This document shows positions 57,109 through 64,000 of a DNA stretch of 64,000 bases, in pieces (the stretch's first letter is position 1; every line of letters starts with the position of its first letter). Source of the DNA: Verrucomicrobiota bacterium (GTDB lineage: Bacteria > Verrucomicrobiota > Verrucomicrobiia > Opitutales > Seribacteraceae); the NCBI GenBank assembly GCA_027622665.1, contig JAQBYT010000001.1, positions 434,049 to 498,048 of the forward strand. Direction: 5' to 3'. The notes beneath the pieces were generated by a model that was not told where the DNA came from, did no database searches, and was given only the letters and a program-made list of their open reading frames with translations. The position numbers were made by a program, and so were the translations under genes.

Positions 57109-59454
57109 ATGAATTATAGAAAAAATTGGATGTTGGCGCTTTGCCTTGCGGTTGCGTTTTCGGGCTTGGGTCTTCTTCGGTCCGTTTCCGTTGCTCAAAA
57201 ACCTCATGCAGTATCGGCAGAGGGAAAGAGGAATTTCATCAATAAGGTGCGACCTGTTTTTGCTGAATATTGCTATGATTGCCATGGAGAAGGAGCAAGC
57301 AAGGGCGACTTTGTGTTGGATGACATTTTAAAACATGACGGAGTGTTGGAAGAAGAGAGTTTCTGGAAGAAGGTGTGGCAACACCTCTACAAGCACAGCA
57401 TGCCTCCTTCCCGAAAGCCAAAGCCTTCGGTGGCCGAGCGCAAGGCTGTTCTGGGTGCGATTGAGCGGACTGTCTTTGGCCTCGACCCGAGCAAGCCCGA
57501 TCCCGGCCGTGTGACTATTCGAAGGCTAAATCGGGTCGAGTACGATAACGTTATTCGCGACTTGACGGGTGTTGACTTCAAACCTGCTAAGGATTTCCCC
57601 CCCGACGACACCGGGCATGGTTTCGATACTGTGGGCGATGCCCTTTCGTTATCACCGCTGTTGCTCGAAAAATACATGTCGGCGGCGGATGCCGTGCTGG
57701 ATGAGGTTCTCGGCGAGTTTCCTCCTCCAAGAAAATTACAACGGATTGAACCTAAGGACATGATGGGGGCGGGCGATGCGAGAGATGCTCGAGTTCTTAG
57801 CACTACAGGTGAGGTAGAGGTTCGCGTTTCGCTTCCAAGACCCGGAGAGTATCGATTTCGCGCGCAGGCTTGGGCCTCTCGGGCAGGTGGCGAGTTGGCG
57901 AAGATGAAATTCCGACTAAATGACCGAGACCTGAAAACCTTTGAAGTGACGCACGAGTCACCGGATGCCGGTTCTTACGAAGTGAGCGCCAAGGTGGAGA
58001 GAGCGGGGAACGCCCATTTCCGGGTTTCTTTTCTGAATGATTTTTATGACCCAAGTAATAGTAACCCCAAGCGACGTGACCGTAATCTTTACTTGCAGTG
58101 GCTGGAAGTTGAAGCTCCAAGTGGCGAACCATCTTCCGCGCTTCAAGCTTCTCGCCTAAAAATTTTGGGGACTCGGACGGAAGGTTCCGGCAACCGAGCA
58201 TACGCGGAGCTTGTCTTGCGGCGATTTGCCCCGCGAGCCTATCGCCGGCCAGTTGCTGAACAGGAAATCTCCGGCCTGTTGAGATTGTACGATGTGGTTG
58301 GCGGCAAGGACGCCCCTTTTATGGAAGCGATTCGTTTGCCTCTCAAAGCTGCCTTGGTATCGCCCCGCTTTCTTTTTCGGGCCGAGTCTCAACCTAGCCC
58401 GAACGATCCGAAAACAGTTCATGATCTGGATGAGTTTTCGCTGGCTTCACGATTGTCTTTTTTCCTCTGGAGCACCATGCCCGACGACCGACTTCTCGCT
58501 CTTGCCGCAAAGAAACAACTGCGGTCAAACTTGGCGACCGAAGTTCGTCGGATGCTGGCGGACAATAGGAGTCTAGCTTTTTCAAAAAACTTTGCAGGGC
58601 AGTGGTTGCAGTTACGCGACCTCGAACTTGTCCAACCTGATAAAAAACGCTTTACTGGTTTTGACGACAAACTACGTCAATCCATGCGGGATGAAACGGA
58701 GGCTTTCTTTCGCTACTTGCTGATGAAAAATCGTCCGGTGACCGAATTCCTCGATGCCGACTACACGTTTATCAATGCCTCGCTGGCTCGCCATTACGGG
58801 CTTCGGGGCAAATTTGGCGACGACCTAAAATACGTTTCTTTGAAAGGCACAAGTTTACCTCGGAGCGGGATCCTTACTCATGCATCCCTCCTCACCATCA
58901 CTTCCAATCCCACTCGCACTTCGCCTGTCAAGCGCGGCAAGTGGGTGTTGGACAACATCCTCGGCACACCCGTAAAGGATCCTCCCCCCGACATACCTGA
59001 TTTAGATGTCGCCGCATCTGATTCCAAGGGAAAGACTTTGCGCGAGCAATTGGCCATGCATACCGAAAAACCTTTATGCGCATCTTGCCACATTTCGATG
59101 GATGCCATTGGATTTTCCTTGGAGAACTACGATGCGATAGGGCGTTGGCGTTTGCTGGATGCCGGCAAGCCAATAGATTCCGCAGGGAAGTTGTCGACCG
59201 GAGAAACCTTTACCGGAGCTCTCGAACTCCAGCGATTCATAGTCCATGGCCGAAAGGAAGCCTTTGTCCGTTGCTTGACCGAAAAGCTACTGACTTACGC
59301 TCTCGGACGCGGTATCGAATTCCATGATAGACCCGAGCTTGACAAGATTGCCGATCGGATGAGCGAAAGCGGTTACCGTTTTTCCGATCTCATCCTTTAT
59401 CTTGTCGAAAGCGTTCCTTTCCAGAAGCGCAGGGGCGACTTCCCTACGGAATAA
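57109..59454 (+). CDS. DUF1592/DUF1588/DUF1587 family PVC cytochrome c-containing protein with a CBM60-like insert
   Basis: CYDCH, RRLNRVEYDN, LASRLSFFLW, TSPVKRGKW, CASCH; insert FLNDFY..DRNLYL. Confidence 0.9.
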   Translation: MNYRKNWMLALCLAVAFSGLGLLRSVSVAQKPHAVSAEGKRNFINKVRPVFAEYCYDCHGEGASKGDFVLDDILKHDGVLEEESFWKKVWQHLYKHSMPPSRKPKPSVAERKAVLGAIERTVFGLDPSKPDPGRVTIRRLNRVEYDNVIRDLTGVDFKPAKDFPPDDTGHGFDTVGDALSLSPLLLEKYMSAADAVLDEVLGEFPPPRKLQRIEPKDMMGAGDARDARVLSTTGEVEVRVSLPRPGEYRFRAQAWASRAGGELAKMKFRLNDRDLKTFEVTHESPDAGSYEVSAKVERAGNAHFRVSFLNDFYDPSNSNPKRRDRNLYLQWLEVEAPSGEPSSALQASRLKILGTRTEGSGNRAYAELVLRRFAPRAYRRPVAEQEISGLLRLYDVVGGKDAPFMEAIRLPLKAALVSPRFLFRAESQPSPNDPKTVHDLDEFSLASRLSFFLWSTMPDDRLLALAAKKQLRSNLATEVRRMLADNRSLAFSKNFAGQWLQLRDLELVQPDKKRFTGFDDKLRQSMRDETEAFFRYLLMKNRPVTEFLDADYTFINASLARHYGLRGKFGDDLKYVSLKGTSLPRSGILTHASLLTITSNPTRTSPVKRGKWVLDNILGTPVKDPPPDIPDLDVAASDSKGKTLREQLAMHTEKPLCASCHISMDAIGFSLENYDAIGRWRLLDAGKPIDSAGKLSTGETFTGALELQRFIVHGRKEAFVRCLTEKLLTYALGRGIEFHDRPELDKIADRMSESGYRFSDLILYLVESVPFQKRRGDFPTE

Positions 59455-59524
59455 ACCTTCTAACGAAACACCCATTGACCTTGCCCGCGAGGCGGGTTCG
59501 GGCTATTTTACAATAACTTTTTCA

Positions 59525-60850
59525 ATGAAAAATTTCACCTTATCACGACGAACCTTCCTTCACGGCTTAGGTGCCGCCTTGGCACTGCCTCCATTGGAAG
59601 CGATGGCAGCGAAAGCTGGGAAATCAAAGCCCATTCCATTGCGCATGGGCTTTGCCTACATACCCAATGGCGTAATTCTTCCTCAGTGGCGAACGACTGG
59701 CGAAGGACGCAAATACAATTTATCCCCATCTCTTCGGTCTCTCGAACCCTTCAAAAGTGACATACAAGCCTTGGATGGATTGGATCACAAGAAAGCCAAT
59801 GCCAACGGAGATGGTGGCGGTGATCATGCTCGAGCCAACGCCACTTTTCTGACGGGATGTCAGGCACGCAAGACTGCAGGGTCGGATATCCGGATCGGAG
59901 TGTCTGTGGACCAATTGGCTGCCGAGCATGTCGGCAAGGAAACCAAATTACCTTCTTTAGAGTTGAGTACTGACCGCGCACGCCTTTCAGGTGGTTGCGA
60001 TTCCGGTTACAGTTGTGCCTATCAATACAACCTTGCATGGAAGACTGAGTCTTTGCCCATGCCCCCCGAAGCTAATCCCCGATCAGTTTTCGAACGCCTG
60101 TTTTCCGACGGGCTTACCAAAGAGCAGGCCGAAAGTCGGACTCGGCGTCTACGGCATGAAAAAAGCCTCCTCGACTTCGTCCTTGAAGATGCCAAGAACC
60201 TGCAGCGTGATCTTGGGCGTACTGATCGCGCCAAACTCGACGAGTACCTTACTGGCGTACGCGAGTTGGAGCAACGAATCGAAAAAGCCGAACAGTTGGA
60301 TTCCAAAAAAACGACCTATCCGAAACCCGAGGGGATTCCTAGCGACTATGGCGAGCATTTGCGTGTGCAGTTTGACCTCATGGCCTTGGCTTTTCAGACC
60401 GATGCAACGCGAGTGGCCACCTTCCTTCTTGCCCACGATGGAAGTAATCGCAGCTTCCCTGACATAGACGTACCCGAAGGTCACCACTCTCTTTCCCATC
60501 ACCGGGACGACAAGGAAACGATGGCGAAATTGGCCAAAATTGATCGTTTCTACGCTGACCAATTTGCTTATTTCCTAAAGAAAATCAAAAGTGTTCGAGA
60601 AGTGGACGGTACGTCTTTGCTGGATCACTGCATGATTGTCTATGGCGGCGGTATAAGTGACGGCAATCGTCATGGTCACGAAAAACTTCCCATTCTCCTC
60701 GCAGGTGGCCGAGCTGCAGGATTGAGTGTTGGTCGCCGCCATGATTTCAAGGGCGAACCCCTGGCCAATCTGTATCTCTCGCTACTCGAGCGGATGGGTG
60801 TCGATGCAGATGCGCTCGGAGACAGTACCGGGAAGCTCGTTAACGTTTAG
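59525..60850 (+). CDS. DUF1552 (HXXSHH) family protein
   Basis: Tat-like SRRTFLHG, YIPNG, CDSGYSCAY, FERLF, HHSLSHH, SDGNRH. Confidence 0.92.
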   Translation: MKNFTLSRRTFLHGLGAALALPPLEAMAAKAGKSKPIPLRMGFAYIPNGVILPQWRTTGEGRKYNLSPSLRSLEPFKSDIQALDGLDHKKANANGDGGGDHARANATFLTGCQARKTAGSDIRIGVSVDQLAAEHVGKETKLPSLELSTDRARLSGGCDSGYSCAYQYNLAWKTESLPMPPEANPRSVFERLFSDGLTKEQAESRTRRLRHEKSLLDFVLEDAKNLQRDLGRTDRAKLDEYLTGVRELEQRIEKAEQLDSKKTTYPKPEGIPSDYGEHLRVQFDLMALAFQTDATRVATFLLAHDGSNRSFPDIDVPEGHHSLSHHRDDKETMAKLAKIDRFYADQFAYFLKKIKSVREVDGTSLLDHCMIVYGGGISDGNRHGHEKLPILLAGGRAAGLSVGRRHDFKGEPLANLYLSLLERMGVDADALGDSTGKLVNV

Positions 60851-60851
60851 A

Positions 60852-62888
60852 GTGGCATGCTTCGTCCACCCCTATTTTTGGGCGACGATCCTTGTCGCGG
60901 CCAATTTTCTCCATGCTGATGCATCTGTCCTCCCCGGCGTAGTTCTAGAACTACGGGGCAAAGCTTCTAAATTCATCGACTACCGTTTAGAGCGCCGTGT
61001 GGCACTTCGAGTCGATGAAAATGAACCCCCTTCGGCTTTTGTTGATGCAGGTCCATTTGAAGCGGTTTGGCGCGGTGTTATTTTGTTGGAGAAACGCGAA
61101 CGCATCAACTTTGCCTTTGAGGGCTTTGGCAAAGCCTCTCTTCTCCTAGATGGCGAAAAGGTTCTCGAGACGGAGGGAGAAGACCTTTCGACCGTGGAGT
61201 CGGAGCGTTTGCGTTTGAATGGGGGAGAGCATCCTTTTGAGCTTCGTTACTCGAGTGCAGCTTCAGGTTTGGCCCGTTTCCGTCTTTTCTGGAAGGGACG
61301 TGGTTTTGCCCGAGAGTCGATGCCCCCAAAGTCACTGGCTCATTTTTCAACCGGGAAGACAGCCGAACTTTTAGAAAAACCTTCCCTTTTAAGGCAAGGT
61401 CGCTTTCTCGCTGCTTCTCGCGGATGTCTTCGTTGCCATTTACCCGACGAACCTTTTAATAAGAAAACGGCAATGCCCGAAGTTCTTGCCATGGGGCCCT
61501 CCCTCATCGGAGTGGGCTCGCGACTAAATCAGGCTTGGATGGAAAAGTGGATTCTCGATCCGCAATCAATGCGTCATGCTGCCCGAATGCCCAAAGTGGT
61601 TCATTCCTCCACGGAAGCTTCCCATCTTGTAGCCTTTCTTGGTAGTCTAAAGAATGAGAATGTTGAAAAAGTAGTCCATGGAGAGAGCAAACCCGGGGGT
61701 GTTTTATTTGCGGATTTAGGTTGTATTTCCTGCCATGCCCTTAGCGAAAATGATACTATTGCGGAGGACGGTAGGATTTCTCTTGTGGGTGTTGGGCAAA
61801 AATACCTTCCCGGAAGCTTGACGGCTTTTCTCCTCGCACCCAATAAGCATTATCCTTGGATCCGCATGCCGAACTTTCGTCTTTCCAAAGAGGAGGCGGC
61901 AAATCTTGCCGCTTTTCTTCAAGAGCTTAATTCTCCCATTCTTACCATTACCGAGTCAACGGGTGATGCGGTAATGGGCAAGCTCCTTGCTTCGAGCCTA
62001 GGTTGTGCGGCCTGTCACGAGCTTCCTTGTGAAAACAAGTTGATCGCCACGAGCCTTCAACAGTTAAGCGCTTTAACTGGAGCGGGTTGCCTTGGCGAAA
62101 GCTCAACAGGTCCTCAATTTTCTTTTTCTAAAGAGGAACGATCAGCCATTTCTATATTTCTTAAAGAGAGGGATAGGTCTCTTGAGCGTCACAGTCCTCC
62201 CGAATTTGCCAATCGTCAGTTTGAGGAGTTGCGTTGTGTGGCTTGTCATGAGCGAGATGGAAAAGAGAGTTTATGGGGAGCCTTTTCGAATGAGGTTTCC
62301 TCATTGAAGGCAAAGGATAATGACATTCCAGATGCTGTGAGTAACTTGGTGCAGATACACGCGGCCAGCCGAACTCCGCCCGACCTTTCTTTTGCCGGTG
62401 AAAAACTTAGAGAAAACTGGCTCGCCGACTTTTTAGGGGGGAAAGTGGCGGCAAAACCTCGGCCATGGATGAAAGCCCGTATGCCAAGCTTTCCAATTCG
62501 TGCAAATTTCTTTGCGTCAGGACTCTCAAGCTCATGTGGAGTGTTTTCGGCGATGGATGATAAGCCAAATCCCCATAATGAAAAGGAACTGGAACAGGTC
62601 GGCGGGAAGATTGTTAGTACGTTGTGCATAACCTGTCACGGTGTAGGCGAACAAAAGCCCACGGCGGTCTTCGAGGGGCAAGGCGTGAACCTTATTTTAT
62701 CTCGATCGCGGATGCGTTATGATCATTATATGCGCTGGATGATGAATCCTTATCGGATTACTCCGAATACGATCATGCCAAGGTTTGCAGACGAGGATGG
62801 TCGCACGGGACTCATTGATTTGCTTGAAGGTGATGCCCGTCGTCAATTCGGCTCGGTGTGGCATTACTTATGCGGACTATCAGACTAG
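60852..62888 (+). CDS. Pentaheme c-type cytochrome with a PA14-like N-terminal domain
   Basis: CLRCH, CISCH, CAACH, CVACH and CITCH, with downstream MP axial-Met motifs; start uncertain. Confidence 0.88.
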   Translation: MACFVHPYFWATILVAANFLHADASVLPGVVLELRGKASKFIDYRLERRVALRVDENEPPSAFVDAGPFEAVWRGVILLEKRERINFAFEGFGKASLLLDGEKVLETEGEDLSTVESERLRLNGGEHPFELRYSSAASGLARFRLFWKGRGFARESMPPKSLAHFSTGKTAELLEKPSLLRQGRFLAASRGCLRCHLPDEPFNKKTAMPEVLAMGPSLIGVGSRLNQAWMEKWILDPQSMRHAARMPKVVHSSTEASHLVAFLGSLKNENVEKVVHGESKPGGVLFADLGCISCHALSENDTIAEDGRISLVGVGQKYLPGSLTAFLLAPNKHYPWIRMPNFRLSKEEAANLAAFLQELNSPILTITESTGDAVMGKLLASSLGCAACHELPCENKLIATSLQQLSALTGAGCLGESSTGPQFSFSKEERSAISIFLKERDRSLERHSPPEFANRQFEELRCVACHERDGKESLWGAFSNEVSSLKAKDNDIPDAVSNLVQIHAASRTPPDLSFAGEKLRENWLADFLGGKVAAKPRPWMKARMPSFPIRANFFASGLSSSCGVFSAMDDKPNPHNEKELEQVGGKIVSTLCITCHGVGEQKPTAVFEGQGVNLILSRSRMRYDHYMRWMMNPYRITPNTIMPRFADEDGRTGLIDLLEGDARRQFGSVWHYLCGLSD

Positions 62889-62951
62889 TTAGCCAGCTCT
62901 GGAAAAGGCAAGATTGGCTCTTGCCATATACGGGGACAGCAAACTAACCTC

Positions 62952-64000
62952 ATGGTATTGCATCTGCGCATCCTGTCCGTGCACAGTTTTAACAAGAGTA
63001 TTTTCCTGTCACTGGGTGGAGTTGGCCTATTAATGGTCGGTTTCTTCTGGGTTGGACTGGCTCTGGACTTCCCGGCGTTGGAAAACGCAATGGTTGGTCT
63101 TACGGCCAAGCATGTGGTGGGTTATGAGGTTTCCGTTCTTCTAGGATCAGATGCTCGGGATGAGATTGTCGATAAGGTATTCCGGACAGAGTTGGTTTTT
63201 TCGATTCTGCAAGCTTTCTACTCTGTCCTTATTTTTGGATTGGCTTTTACGAAAGGGCTTTTCCGGCGACTGAAGCTTCTTGCATTGGGTGCGGGAATTC
63301 CTCTTTTGAGTTTGCTGTTATTATTTTGGGTAAAGTTTCTTTCGGACGACCACATTATTTCGAGTGGAGAAAAAACTGAACTTTTCTTACTTTCGATCAT
63401 TGGTGCGTCTGCAGGGGTAGCCTTATGCTGGTTCGGTCTGCTTCGCCTTTCAGGAAAAACGAAAATTTCTCTCGACGATTTCGAATTGCCTTCAGAAGGA
63501 AGTGAAAACAAGCCGACCGACGATTTGCTTGATGCGTTGAAGGAGCGAGACCAAGGTAAGGATGGTGATAGCATAGAGTCTGAACAAACAGATGAGTCCG
63601 GTACGGCTGAGGAGGAAAAGGATCATCCAGCAGCAGATACAAATGAAGCACCTCCTGAGGAAACCGTTGAGGAGGAAGTTTCCGAAGTCGTTCCGGAACC
63701 GCTACCTGAAACCCTCCCTGAGACGGAGGAACCTGAGCCGATTGAGGAAGTTGCGGAAGCTCAACCCGTGGTCGAGGACACCGAAGCTGTTCCACCTTCA
63801 CTTTCGCCCGAGATAGCGGAAGAACCTCCCGGGGAATCCGCTGAGGAGGAAGTTCCCGAAGCTGTTTCGGAACTGCCACCGAAAACCCTTCCTAAGGCGG
63901 AGGAACCCGAGCCGATTGAGGAAGTTGTGGAAGCTCAACCCGTGGTCGAGGACACCGAAGCTGTTCCACCTTCGCTCTTGCCCGAGATAGTGGAAGAATC
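62952..64000 (+). CDS. Membrane protein with an acidic Glu/Pro-rich repeat tail (runs off the window)
   Basis: Frame open from ATG 62952 to the window end; about 4 TM segments, then EEPEPIEEV.EAQPVVEDTEAVPPSL repeats. Confidence 0.82.
   Translation, partial: MVLHLRILSVHSFNKSIFLSLGGVGLLMVGFFWVGLALDFPALENAMVGLTAKHVVGYEVSVLLGSDARDEIVDKVFRTELVFSILQAFYSVLIFGLAFTKGLFRRLKLLALGAGIPLLSLLLLFWVKFLSDDHIISSGEKTELFLLSIIGASAGVALCWFGLLRLSGKTKISLDDFELPSEGSENKPTDDLLDALKERDQGKDGDSIESEQTDESGTAEEEKDHPAADTNEAPPEETVEEEVSEVVPEPLPETLPETEEPEPIEEVAEAQPVVEDTEAVPPSLSPEIAEEPPGESAEEEVPEAVSELPPKTLPKAEEPEPIEEVVEAQPVVEDTEAVPPSLLPEIVEE
63650..64000 (+). repeat. Intragenic tandem repeat, 174-bp (58-aa) period, at least 2 copies
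   Basis: GAGGAGGAAGTT at 63669 and 63843; GAAGCTCAACCCGTGGTCGAGGACACCGAAGCTGTTCCACCTTC duplicated exactly. Confidence 0.92.

Overview
Ordinary chromosomal window, with no rRNA, tRNA, CRISPR, IS or phage signal seen. The gene content points to a PVC-superphylum bacterium, most likely a Verrucomicrobiota (Opitutales-like) organism. That is an inference from DUF1592/DUF1552, the PVC-type dehydrogenase domain, the PVC-type ECF sigma, many PQQ-like beta-propellers and the flagellin style. Layout: 1-10.5 kb holds housekeeping genes plus an orphan oleC-oleD pair. 10.6-14.4 kb is a sigma28-driven flagellin locus: a repeated leader with seven GGA-loop (CsrA-type) hairpins, short flagellin-derived ORFs, an atypical flagellin, and a flagellin whose surface domain is a C-type lectin (EPN/WND motifs). 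16-23 kb holds an ECF sigma/anti-sigma pair and periplasmic redox-type proteins. 23.3-39.8 kb is a 13-gene run next to a MarR gene, encoding a GriC/GriD(EhpF/EhpG)-type arylcarboxylate reductase, an Fe-ADH, a HemN-like radical SAM enzyme, a chorismate-lyase-like protein, a flavin-dependent halogenase-like enzyme, a GT4, a thioesterase, an SSS importer and three beta-propellers. A probable second half of this system lies at 50.4-57 kb. 57-63 kb is a DUF1592-DUF1552-pentaheme cytochrome module. Best candidates for undescribed systems: the lectin-displaying flagellin with its regulatory array, and the aryl-acid tailoring cluster. All family calls come from motif recognition by eye; no database search was run.
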